From Thermoanaerobaculia bacterium (GTDB lineage Bacteria > Acidobacteriota > Thermoanaerobaculia > Multivoradales > JAGPDF01), in assembly GCA_963699245.1 (NCBI GenBank), contig OY969426.1, positions 2,030,998 through 2,094,997 on the forward strand: a stretch of 64,000 nt of DNA, written 5' to 3'. Positions 18,492-27,639 of this stretch are shown here, in pieces. How positions within the stretch are numbered: the first letter of the stretch is position 1; each line of letters begins with the position of its first letter. Made by a program: the position numbers and the translations under genes. The notes below the pieces were generated by a model. The model worked only from the letters and a program-made list of their open reading frames with translations. It did no database searches and was not told where the DNA came from.

Positions 18492-20795
18492 ATGCCGCCG
18501 CGCCCGTTTCGCCGCAGCTTCACCTCCCGCGCTCTCGCCGCCGCCGCGCCGTTCACGCTCGCGATCCTCGCAGCGTTCGCCACCGCCGCTTGCGGGCGCC
18601 GGGACGAGCCGGGCCCCTTCCGGGACGTGCCGATCGTCCTGATCTCGATCGACACGCTGCGCGCCGACCACCTGCCCGCCTATGGCTACCAGGCGGTCGC
18701 GACGCCGGCGATCGACGAGCTGGCGCGCGACGGCGTCGTCTTCGAGAACGCCTACAGCCACTACCCCCTGACCTTCCCGTCGCACAGCTCGATGCTCTCG
18801 GGGCTGCTGCCGCCGAACCACGGCGTACGCGACAATCTGGGCTACAGCTTCGATGCCACGAAACATCCCGACCTGGCGACGCTGCTCGCCGGAGCGGGCT
18901 ACGCGACCGGCGGCTTCGTCTCGGCCTTCGTGCTCCGCCGTGACACCGGGCTCGCGGCGGGGTTCGCGACCTACGACAGCGACATCTCGATCGAGCCCGG
19001 CGCCGCGCTCGACAGCGGCCAGCGCCCCGGCGCCGAGACCACCGAGCACGCCATCGCCTGGCTGCGCCAGCACACCGCCGGCCCGACGTTCCTCTTCCTC
19101 CATCTCTACGAGCCGCACACGCCCTTCACGCCCCCCGAGCCCTGGAAGAGCCGCTATGCGAGCTCCCCGTACGACGGCGAGATCGCCACCGCCGACGCGG
19201 CGGTGGGCAAGCTGCTCGCCGAGCTGCGCGCGCTCGGGCTCTACGACCGTGCCATCGTCATGGTGGTCGGCGACCACGGCGAGGGGCTCGGCGACCACGC
19301 CGAGCTCCACCACGGCGTCTTCCTCTATCGCAGCACGCTGCACGTGCCGATGATCGTCAAGCTGCCGAAGGGAGAGCGCGCCGGCAGCCGGGTGGCCGCG
19401 CCGGTCGGCCTCGTCGACATCGCGCCGACGCTGCTCGGCCTCGCCGGCGTGAAGAGCGACGCGTCCTTCGACGGCCGCTCGCTCTTCGCGCGCCCCGACC
19501 CGGCGCGCGCGATCTATGCCGAGACCTACTATCCGCGCCTGCACTACGGCTGGAGCGACCTCAAGGCGGTCTACGAATCGCGCTGGTCGCTGATCAACGG
19601 CCCCGACCCCGAGCTCTACGACCTCGCCGCCGACCGTGACCAGGCGCGCAACGTTCTCGCCGACAATCGTCGCGAGTTCGCGCGCCTGCGCGACGTCGGC
19701 GTCGCGGTCGACAAGCCGCTCGTCGAGCCGGAGACGGTCGACGCCGAGACTGCCGCCAAGCTCGCCGCCCTCGGCTACCTCTCGGGCCCGCCGGTGCGCA
19801 GCTCGGGGCCGCTGCCCGACCCCAAGTCGCAGCGCCACCTGCTCGAGCCGATCGAGCGCGGCACGACCGCCTTCAACGCCGGGCGCTACGACGAGGCGAT
19901 CGGCGACTTCCGCACCGCGCTCGCCGCCAATCCGAACATGTACGACATCTGGCTCTTCCTCGCCCGCGCGCTCGCCAAGGCCGGGCGCGACGCCGAGGCG
20001 GAGAAGGCGTGGGAGAAGACGCTCGAACTGTCGGGCGGCAGCAGCGACCTCGCCGTGCTCGTCGCCACCACCAAGTTCCGCCTGCGGAAGTTCGAAGAAG
20101 CGCGCGCCCTGGCGGAGACCGCGCGCGCCACCCGCCCGAAGGAAGCGGACGACCTGCTGGCGCAGATCGATCTCGCCGAAGGGCGCACCGCCGATGCCAT
20201 GGCGCGCATGGAACAGGCGGCGCGCGAAGGACACGTCACGGAAGGGATCGGCTACCACCTGGCGATGGCGCGGCTCGCCGCCGGCGAGCCGCAGCAGGCG
20301 ATCGACCTGCTGGCGCCCTTCGCCGCGACCGGCGAGGTGCCGACCCTCACCGTCTACGCCTCGGCTCTCTCGGCGGCAGGCCGCAACGACGAGGCGCTCG
20401 GCGTCCTCGAGCGCGCCCGCGCCAGGGATGACAAGCCGGCCAAGCTGCACGAGACGCTCGGCATCGTCCTGCTGCGGCTCGGGCGAGCCGCCGAGGCCCG
20501 CGCCGAGCTCGAGCGCGCGCTGGCGATCGATCCGAAGCTCCCCGACTCCTGGAACACCCTCGGCGTGGCGCTCTTCCAGCTCGCCGGTCCCCGCCCGGCG
20601 ATGGACGCCTGGCGCCGCGCCCTGGCGCTCGACGCCACGCAGTACGAGGCGCTCTTCAACCTCGGCCTGGTCGCCTTCGAGAGCGGCGACCACGCCGAGG
20701 CCCGGCGCACGCTCGAGCGTTTCGTCGCCACCGCGCCGCGGGAGCGCTACGGCGACGACCTCGCCCGCGCCCGCCAGCTGCTCGGCCAGCTCTGA
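18492..20795 (+). CDS. Sulfatase-fold hydrolase/transferase (Thr-type) + TPR lipoprotein (paralog 4)
   Basis: Frame of track ORF 18264-20795; start at ATG 18492 (77th codon). MPPRPFRRSFTSRALAAAAPFTLAILAAFATAAC lipobox. IVLISIDTLRADHLP, YPLTFPSHSSMLSGLLPPNHGVRDN, FLFLHLYEPHTPF, IVMVVGDHGEGLGDHAELHHG. TPR C-terminus (SWNTLGVALFQLAGPRPAMDAWRRALALDATQYEALFNLGLV). Confidence 0.85.
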   Translation: MPPRPFRRSFTSRALAAAAPFTLAILAAFATAACGRRDEPGPFRDVPIVLISIDTLRADHLPAYGYQAVATPAIDELARDGVVFENAYSHYPLTFPSHSSMLSGLLPPNHGVRDNLGYSFDATKHPDLATLLAGAGYATGGFVSAFVLRRDTGLAAGFATYDSDISIEPGAALDSGQRPGAETTEHAIAWLRQHTAGPTFLFLHLYEPHTPFTPPEPWKSRYASSPYDGEIATADAAVGKLLAELRALGLYDRAIVMVVGDHGEGLGDHAELHHGVFLYRSTLHVPMIVKLPKGERAGSRVAAPVGLVDIAPTLLGLAGVKSDASFDGRSLFARPDPARAIYAETYYPRLHYGWSDLKAVYESRWSLINGPDPELYDLAADRDQARNVLADNRREFARLRDVGVAVDKPLVEPETVDAETAAKLAALGYLSGPPVRSSGPLPDPKSQRHLLEPIERGTTAFNAGRYDEAIGDFRTALAANPNMYDIWLFLARALAKAGRDAEAEKAWEKTLELSGGSSDLAVLVATTKFRLRKFEEARALAETARATRPKEADDLLAQIDLAEGRTADAMARMEQAAREGHVTEGIGYHLAMARLAAGEPQQAIDLLAPFAATGEVPTLTVYASALSAAGRNDEALGVLERARARDDKPAKLHETLGIVLLRLGRAAEARAELERALAIDPKLPDSWNTLGVALFQLAGPRPAMDAWRRALALDATQYEALFNLGLVAFESGDHAEARRTLERFVATAPRERYGDDLARARQLLGQL

Positions 20796-20809
20796 GCCGG
20801 CCGCTCGGC

Positions 20810-20815
20810 TAGAAT
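20810..20815 (+). promoter_or_regulatory. -10-like hexamer TAGAAT (within GGCTAGAAT) upstream of the CNNM gene
   Basis: An A/T-rich hexamer in otherwise GC-saturated DNA, 17 nt before ATG 20833. The identical 9-mer GGCTAGAAT recurs at 49923-49931. Confidence 0.3.
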
Positions 20816-20832
20816 CCCCTCCCGCCTTCCCT

Positions 20833-22185
20833 ATGTGGCTCCTTCTCGACGCCGGTACCGGCTCCGCCTCCGCCTCCGCGATGGGTCCCTGGACGGGCCT
20901 CGGCCTCGGCCTGCTGCTGATCGCGGTCAACGGCTTCTTCGTCGCCGCGGAATTCGCGCTCGCCAAGCTGCGGCCGACCCAGATCGAACCGCGCGTCAAG
21001 AAGGGCGAGCGGAGCGCCCGTCTCGTCGACCACATGCTGCACCACCTCGACGCCTACCTCTCCGCGTCGCAGCTCGGCATCACGCTCGCCTCGATCGCCC
21101 TCGGCTGGGTCGGCGAGCCGGCCTTCAGCTGGCTGGTGCGGCCCTTGCTCGCACGCATTCCCGGGGTGACCGAGGCGGTGGTCCACTCGGCGAGCCTCTC
21201 GCTCGCCTTCGTGACGATCAGCGTGCTGCACATCGTGGTCGGCGAGCAGGTGCCGAAGACGCTCGCCATCCGTCTCCCCGAGGCGACCTCGCTCTGGATC
21301 GCCATCCCGCTCTACATCTTCTACTGGATCGCCTTCCCGGCGATCTGGCTGCTCAACAAGACGGCGAACGCCTGCCTGCGTGCGATCGGCATCGCGCCGG
21401 CGAGCGAGCACGAGATCGCTCACACCGAGGAGGAGCTCCGCCTCCTGCTCGCTTCGCACAGCGGCGCGCGGCTGGCCGAGGAGAAGCGCGACCTGCTCGA
21501 CAACGTCTTCGAGCTTTCGGAGCGCATCGTCCGGCAGGTCATGGTGCCGCGCGGCGATGTGGTCTGGCTCTCGACCACGCGTCCGCTGGCGGAGAACCTG
21601 GAGCTGGCGCGAACGAGCGGCCACACCCGCTTCCCGCTCTGCGAGGGAGACCTCGACCGCATCGTCGGCCTGGTGCACATCAAGGACCTCTTCCGCGCCG
21701 ACAGAGTCCCCGACGACCTCACGAAGATCGCGCGGCCGGTGAAGTTCGTTCCCGAGACGACGCCGCTCGACAAGCTGCTGGCGCGCATGCGGGCCGAGCG
21801 CCTGCACCTCGCCGCGGCGCTCGACGAGTACGGCGGCGTCGCCGGCGTCGTGACGCTCGAGAACGTGATCGAGGAGATCGTCGGGCCGATCCAGGACGAG
21901 TTCGACACCGAGAAGCCCGAGCTGGTCGCCAAGGGGGACGGCGTCTACCAGGTCTCCGGCGCGATGCTGGTGCTCGACCTCGAGGACGAGCTCGGCCTCG
22001 AAGTCTCCGATCGCGACGAGGACACCATCGGCGGCGTCGTGCTCTCGGAGCTCGGCCGCCGGCCGCGGGTCGGCGACCGGGCCGAGCTCGGCCCGCTCAG
22101 GCTCGAGGTGCTCGACGTGCAGGGCAACCGCGTGCGCACCCTGCGGCTGACGCTCGCGCCGCCCCCGCCTGCCGCCGAGAGCTGA
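20833..22185 (+). CDS. CNNM/DUF21-CBS-CorC_HlyC family transporter-associated protein (TlyC/CorC-like)
   Basis: Frame of track ORF 19636-22185; start ATG 20833 (ATG 20881 is an alternative). DUF21 membrane part (LLLIAVNGFFVAAEFALAKLR...SASQLGITLASIALGWVGEP...HIVVGEQVPKTLA). CBS pair (RQVMVPRGDVVWL...IVGLVHIKDL). CorC_HlyC end (GVYQVSGAMLVLDLEDELGLEV...DTIGGVVLSELGRRPRVGD). Confidence 0.85.
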   Translation: MWLLLDAGTGSASASAMGPWTGLGLGLLLIAVNGFFVAAEFALAKLRPTQIEPRVKKGERSARLVDHMLHHLDAYLSASQLGITLASIALGWVGEPAFSWLVRPLLARIPGVTEAVVHSASLSLAFVTISVLHIVVGEQVPKTLAIRLPEATSLWIAIPLYIFYWIAFPAIWLLNKTANACLRAIGIAPASEHEIAHTEEELRLLLASHSGARLAEEKRDLLDNVFELSERIVRQVMVPRGDVVWLSTTRPLAENLELARTSGHTRFPLCEGDLDRIVGLVHIKDLFRADRVPDDLTKIARPVKFVPETTPLDKLLARMRAERLHLAAALDEYGGVAGVVTLENVIEEIVGPIQDEFDTEKPELVAKGDGVYQVSGAMLVLDLEDELGLEVSDRDEDTIGGVVLSELGRRPRVGDRAELGPLRLEVLDVQGNRVRTLRLTLAPPPPAAES

Positions 22186-22188
22186 AGC

Positions 22189-23920
22189 TCAGCGCAGCCG
22201 GTCGGCGAGCTCGGCGAGCCTGGCGGCGCCCTCGGCCACCGGCACCGGAACCTTGACCCGGTCGCGGCGCAGCGAGAGCTCGACCTGGCCGGCGGCGAAG
22301 GACTTCCCCCCCACCACCGCGCGCAGCGGAATGCCGACGAGGTCGGCATCCTTGAACTTGACCCCCGGCCGCTCGTCGCGATCGTCGAGCAGGACGTCGA
22401 AGCCCCGCTCCGCGAGATCGGCGGCGAGCGCTTCGGCCGCCGCGGCCGAAGCCGGGTCGTTCGGCGTCAGCGAGACCACCAGCACCTCGAACGGCGCCAG
22501 CGGCAGCGGCCAGACGATGCCGTCAGCGTCGTTGTTCTGCTCGATCGCCGCCGCCACCGTGCGACCGATGCCGAGGCCGTAGCAGCCCATGATCATCGGG
22601 TGCTCGCCGCCGCTCTCGTCGGTGAAGGTGCACTGCATCGCCTGCGAGTACTTCGTTCCGAGCTTGAAGATGTGGCCGACCTCGATGCCGCGCGAGACCT
22701 GCAGCGCCGCGCCGCACTTCGGGCAGGGGTCGCCGGTTCCGACCAGCGCGAGATCGGTCCATTCGGCGAGGCCGCGAGCGTCGCGCTCCCAGTTGACGTT
22801 GACGAGGTGGGCGTCGGCCTCGTTGGCGCCGCAGGCGAAGTTCGAGAGCTCGCGCACCGAAAGGTCGGCCAGCAGGCGGACCCCCGGCCGGAGGCCCACG
22901 GGTCCGGCGAATCCGACCGGCGCGCCGGTCGCCTGGCGCACCCGCTCCTCGGAGGCCAGGCGCAGATGGAGCGCGTCGGGCAGCGCGTTCTGCAGCTTGA
23001 CCTCGTTGACCTCGCGATCGCCGCGGATCGCGACCGCGACCGTCTCCCCCTTGTCGGTCTCGTAGAGCAGCGTCTTGACGAAGGTCTCGGGGGCCGCGCC
23101 GAGGAACTCCGCGACCTCGGCGATGGTGGTCTTGCCCGGCGTCATTTTCTTCGTCGAGCGGCCGCGCCGCGCCCGCCGACGCCGGCCAGGGACCGCGCTC
23201 GGCCTTCTCCTGGTTGGCGCCGTAGCCGCAGGCGTCGCAGTGGATGACCGCGCTCTCGCCGGTCGCCGCAGTGACCATGAACTCGTGCGACGACGAGCCG
23301 CCGATCGTGCCGGTGTCGGCCTCGACCATCGTGTAGTCGAGCCCGCAGGCCTCGAAGATCCGGCAGTACGCGTCACGCATCGCCTCGTAGCCCTCGTCGA
23401 GGCTCGCGGGCGTCGCGTGGAAGGAGTAGGCGTCCTTCATCAGGAACTCGCGGCCGCGCATCAGGCCGAAGCGCGGGCGGATCTCGTCGCGGAACTTGGT
23501 CTGGATCTGGTAGAGGTTGAACGGCAGCTGCCGGTAGCTCTTGACGTCGCGGCGCACGAGGTCGGTGATGACCTCCTCGTGGGTCGGCCCGAAGCAGAAG
23601 TCGCGGTCGTGGCGGTCGCGGATGCGCAGCAGCTCCTTGCCGTACTTCTGCCAGCGCCCCGACTCCTGCCAGAGCTCGGCCGGCTGCACGCTCGGCATCG
23701 ACAGCTCGACCGCGCCGGCGCGGTTCATCTCGCGCCGCACGATCGCCATCAGCTTGCCGAGGCTGCGCCAGCCGCTCGGCAGGTAGGTGTAGATGCCGGC
23801 GGCGACCTTCCTGATCAGGCCGGCGCGAACGAGGAGCTGGTGGGAGACGACCTCGGCGTCCGAGGGCACCTCGCGCGTCGTGTGGAGATAGAAACGGGAC
23901 CAGCGCTGGAACTGCGTCAT
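22189..23920 (-). pseudogene. proS: Prolyl-tRNA synthetase (bacterial type), reading frame broken once
   Basis: N-terminal part is in track ORF 22523-24982 ([48 protein letters not shown]...[10 protein letters not shown]). C-terminal part is in ORF 22189-23376 ([18 protein letters not shown]...[13 protein letters not shown]...GCYGLGIGR...). The total of 1732 nt is 3n+1, so there is one extra nucleotide around 23150-23185. Start ATG 23918-23920 overlaps the upstream stop (ATGA). Confidence 0.9.
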
Positions 23921-25817
23921 CGCTTCGGCTTCCTTTGCACGCGCTCGAGCAGACGCGCCGAATCCTTCATGCACTCCATCATCCGCTCCTCGAGCGCGCC
24001 GACGCGGGGCTCGATGCTGCGCGCGCGGCCGAGCGCGGCCCGCGCCTTGTCCTCCTCGCCGGCGGCGAGGAGCGCCATGCCGAGGTGGGTGAGCGTGGTC
24101 GCCGACGGCCCGAGCTCGTTGGAACGCTCGAGGCAATCGACCGCGTCCGGGTACTCCTTGCGCTTGTAGTGAACCCAGCCGAGCGCGGCGAGCGGGAACT
24201 GCTTGAGCTCGTCGGGGGCGAGGTCGAGCGAGTGGCGCGCGAGATCGAGCGCCTCGTCGAGGTCCTCTTCCATCTCCGCCAGGTTGTAGGCCATCTCGTA
24301 GTAGGCGATGGTACGCGCGAAGTCCGATTCCGCGCTTTCGAGCAGCGCCCGGCCGATGCGGTTGCCCTCGCGGAAATTTCCCTGGCTGCGGAGCGCCGCG
24401 ATCAGCGCCGCCGAGGCGGTGGCGCGCAGCATGTCGCCCGGGTTGAGCTCGAGCACGCGGCGCGCCGAGGCGGCGAGCTCGTCGGGGCGGTCGAGCGACA
24501 GGCAGAGCATGGCGTAGCGACATCAGGACGGTCGGATGGTCGGGCTCGAGAGCCAGCGCTTTCTGGCAGCAGGCGAGCGCCTTCTCCCCCTCGCCCCTGG
24601 CGGCGTGCTTCTCCGCCTTGGCGAGCCAGCGGCTGGCCTCGGCGCCGACCTCGGGCAGCGGCGCGCCGCTGCGGCCCGACAGGAACTCCACCAGATCCTG
24701 GTAGCGCAGCCGGCGCGGGTTCAACCGCTGGGCCTCGCGGAAGGAGGCGAGCGCGCGGCGGTGCCAGTGGCGGTCGAGGCAGGCGAGACCGAGCAGGTAG
24801 TGCGCTTCCTCGAAGGCGGGATCGATGCCGGACCGCCTCGTTGAGGCAGAAGATCGCCTCGCCGGCGCGGCCCATCTCGTAGTGGCAGTTGCCGAGCAGG
24901 TAGAGCGCCTGCGGCACCGCGTCGAGCTCGCAGGCGCGCTGCAGGTAGGCCACCGCGCGGCCGAGCTCCCCCTTGGACGCACAGATCGCGCCGAGGCAGA
25001 AGTGCGGCAGGAAGGCGTCCGGGTAGATCGCGACGGCGCGCTTCAGGAGCTCCTCGGCGCGCGCGGTCTCGCCCCGTTCGTTGCGGATGACGCCCGAGAA
25101 GACGAGCGCCTCGAACTGGTCGGGGCGCGCCTCGAGGACGCGCACGAAGTAGCCGAGCGCCTCCTCGCTCTCCCCCTCGTTGAAGGCGGTCTCGGCGAGC
25201 AGCAGGGTCAGCTCGTAGTTCTTGCGGTCGAGCCGCGACGCCTGCTCGAGCAGCTGGCGGGCGCGGTCGGGGTCGAAGGCGTAGAGGGCGACCTCGGCCT
25301 CCTCGAGCAGCTGCGCGAAGGCCTTGCGACGCTCGCCGCCGTAGAGCGCCAGGATGCGATCCTTGACCGCGCTGAAGCGCTCCCGCTTCTCGAGCGCGCG
25401 GAGCTGGAACTCCATCTTCGACTGCCAGAGGTCGCTCCACTCGTCGTGCGAGACGAGGCGGCGGCGCTCGAGCAGCTCGCGCAGCGTCGCGAAGCCGGTC
25501 TGGCCGACCAGCAGGTTCTTCTCCTGCTTCTGCACCGCGCCGACCAGCCGCTGCAGGGTCTCGGCGGTGCGCTTGACCGCCTCCTCGAGGATCGAGACGC
25601 GCTCGAGCAGGTGCTCGTCGAGCGAGAAGTCGGCCTCGCGCTCGCCGACCAGCTCCTGCGACTCCTCGCTCGGCGGACCCGAGAGGACGAGCAGCTTCTG
25701 CTGGCAGCGCCCGCAGAGCTCGCGGTCCGCGGAGTTCGCGGCCCCGCAGGCCTGGCAGAGCACGACGCCGCCGGAGCCCGTCGTGTCGGTGGACTCAGCT
25801 CCGCGCGGCGTAGTCAT
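23917..25817 (-). pseudogene. Zinc-ribbon + TPR repeat protein, frame broken twice
   Basis: Three collinear pieces: ORF 24402-25817 (..VVLCQACGAANSADRELCGRCQQKL.. then TPRs up to ...[10 protein letters not shown]); ORF 22523-24982 ([38 protein letters not shown]...[13 protein letters not shown]); ORF 23917-24510 ([26 protein letters not shown]...). The +1 shifts lie near 24830-24840 and 24515-24530, and the length is 3n+2. The start could instead be GTG 25763. Confidence 0.7.
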
Positions 25818-26657
25818 AGAAGCCGCGTCCGCTCTTCCGGCCCAGCCAGCCGGCGTCGACCATCTTCACGAGCAGCGGGCAGGGGCGGTACTTGTCGTCG
25901 CCGAGCCCTTCGTGGAGGACGCGGAGGATGTCGAGGCAGACGTCGAGCCCGATCAGGTCGGCGAGGGCGAGCGGCCCCATCGGGTGGTTCATGCCGAGCT
26001 TCATCACCTCGTCGATCGCCTCCGGCTTGCCGACGCCCTCGGCGAGGCAGTAGATCGCCTCGTTGATCATCGGCATCAGCACGCGGTTGGAGACGAAGCC
26101 GGGGGAGTCGTGGACTTCGACCGGCGTCTTGCCGAGCTTGCGGGTCGTCGCCTCGACCAGCATCGCAGGTCGGTTGCGAGGTCTGCAGGCCGCGGATGAT
26201 CTCGACCAGCGTGCATCACCGGCACGGGGTTCATGAAGTGCATGCCGATCACGCGATCGGGGCGCCGGGTCTGGGCCGCGAGCCGGGTGATCGAGATCGA
26301 GGAGGTGTTGGTGGCCAGCACGGCGCTCTCGCCGACCAGGCGGTCGAGCTCGACGAGCACCTGCCGCTTGACGTCGAAGCGCTCCACGACGGCCTCGACG
26401 ACGAGGTCGGCGCCGGCGAGCTCGGTCAGCGTCGAAGCCGGCCGCAGCCGGGCGCGCGCCGCGGCGCTCGCGTCGGCCGTGAGCTTGCCCTTCGCCACCA
26501 GCCGCTCGAGGCTCTTTTCGATCCCCTGCAGGCCGCGCTCGAGTGCCGCCGGGACGATTTCCACCACGACGGTCGGGAAGCCCGCCATCGCCGCCACCTG
26601 CGCGATTCCCGCGCCCATCGTGCCGGCGCCGACGACGCCGAAAGTACGGATCTCCAT
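25795..26657 (-). pseudogene. hbd: 3-hydroxyacyl/3-hydroxybutyryl-CoA dehydrogenase, frame broken twice within ~55 nt
   Basis: [21 protein letters not shown] (Rossmann GxGxxG) ...[10 protein letters not shown] in ORF 26076-26708. The next segment (P/T)[16 protein letters not shown] is readable only in the +1 frame. [29 protein letters not shown]...[11 protein letters not shown] is in ORF 25795-26163. The two 1-nt insertions lie near 26207-26216 and 26158-26167, and the length is 3n+2. Confidence 0.85.
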
Positions 26658-26721
26658 GGCGGCCTTCCTCTCGCCCGCGAGCCTACGAACTCGCGGCGCC
26701 GAGGGCAAGCAACGAGCGTCG

Positions 26722-27639
26722 TCAGAAGGAGCGGGGAGCGAAGGCGTCGTGCGTCGCGAACCAGTCTTCCTGGCGCCCGAATTTGGTGCGCAGCGCCGCC
26801 CCGACGCCGACCAGCGTCGCCGCCGACCAGAGCACGACGCCGGCCCAGGGAACGAACTTGGCGGCGCCGAGCAGCAGGAGGCCGAACGCGGCCTCGTGCA
26901 GCACCGGCACGCGCCGGCGCCCGAGCGCGCCGAGCGCGCCGCGGCCGAGGGCGTGGAAGAGCGCCACGGTTCCCCACAGCTTGGCGAGGAGCGCGGCGAG
27001 GGCGACCAGCAGGAGGAGCGGCAGCGCCAGCGTCACCGGCAGCACCGCCGAGAGCAGGAGCCCGGTGAGGAGCAGCGCGAGCACGGCGACGAGTCCGCTC
27101 GCGAAGCAGAGCAGCGGCTCGCGGCGGATTTCGTCCGAAGCGGCGCCGAGCGGGCGGGCGCCGGCCGCGAAGAGCACGAGGGAGAGCGCCAGCCACGCCG
27201 CGAGCAGGCCGAGCTTCGCCGCCAGCACCACCGGCGAGCTCTCCGGCAGGCCGAGGCTCGGCCCTTCGAGCAGCGTCAGCCAGGCGCGCGAGAAAGTCGG
27301 ATAGGCGACCGACCGCCCCTCGATGCGGGCGCCGGGCGCGACCGAGAGGCGGCCGCCGAGCACCTGCACGTTGCCCGAGAGCACCGCCGTCGGCGCCAGC
27401 GTCACGTCGCCGCCGAGCACTGTCACGTCCCCTTCGACGTGTCCGGAGATGCGAGCCGAGCCGTCGAGCGCGGTGACGCCTGCGAGCGCCTCGCCATCGA
27501 CGACGACGTCGCGCCCCACCGCCACGATCTGATGGCGCGCCACCGCGCCGGCTTCGAGCGACAGCGCCGGCTCGCGCCCGGCGGACGCGTTGCCGCTGTC
27601 CGCGCCGAGCGCGACCGCCAGCGCCAGCGCCGCGATCAT
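26722..27639 (-). CDS. Membrane protein with bactofilin-like (polymer-forming, beta-helical repeat) N-domain and 4-5 TM helices
   Basis: Frame of track ORF 26722-28179; start ATG 27637-27639 (181st codon) overlaps the anti-sigma stop (ATGA). Repeats VVVDGEALAGVTALDGSARISGHVEGDVTVLGGDVTLAPTAVLSGNVQVLGGRLSVAPGARIEG, then hydrophobic helices (LLAAWLALSLVLFAAG, LVAVLALLLTGLLLSAVLPVTLALPLLLLVALAALL). Confidence 0.55.
   Translation of the reverse strand: MIAALALAVALGADSGNASAGREPALSLEAGAVARHQIVAVGRDVVVDGEALAGVTALDGSARISGHVEGDVTVLGGDVTLAPTAVLSGNVQVLGGRLSVAPGARIEGRSVAYPTFSRAWLTLLEGPSLGLPESSPVVLAAKLGLLAAWLALSLVLFAAGARPLGAASDEIRREPLLCFASGLVAVLALLLTGLLLSAVLPVTLALPLLLLVALAALLAKLWGTVALFHALGRGALGALGRRRVPVLHEAAFGLLLLGAAKFVPWAGVVLWSAATLVGVGAALRTKFGRQEDWFATHDAFAPRSF

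Noticed and set aside
20833-22185. Hemolysin (TlyC) virulence gene
   Set aside because: The DUF21-CBS-CorC_HlyC architecture is that of CNNM/CorC-type divalent cation transport mediators. The 'hemolysin' name is historical, and nothing in the local context suggests toxin function.
22183-22200. Small hairpin GCTGA-AGC-TCAGC formed by the facing stop codons of the CNNM gene and proS, considered as a terminator
   Set aside because: It has only a 5-bp stem and no U-tract. It is a by-product of two convergent TGA stops 3 nt apart.
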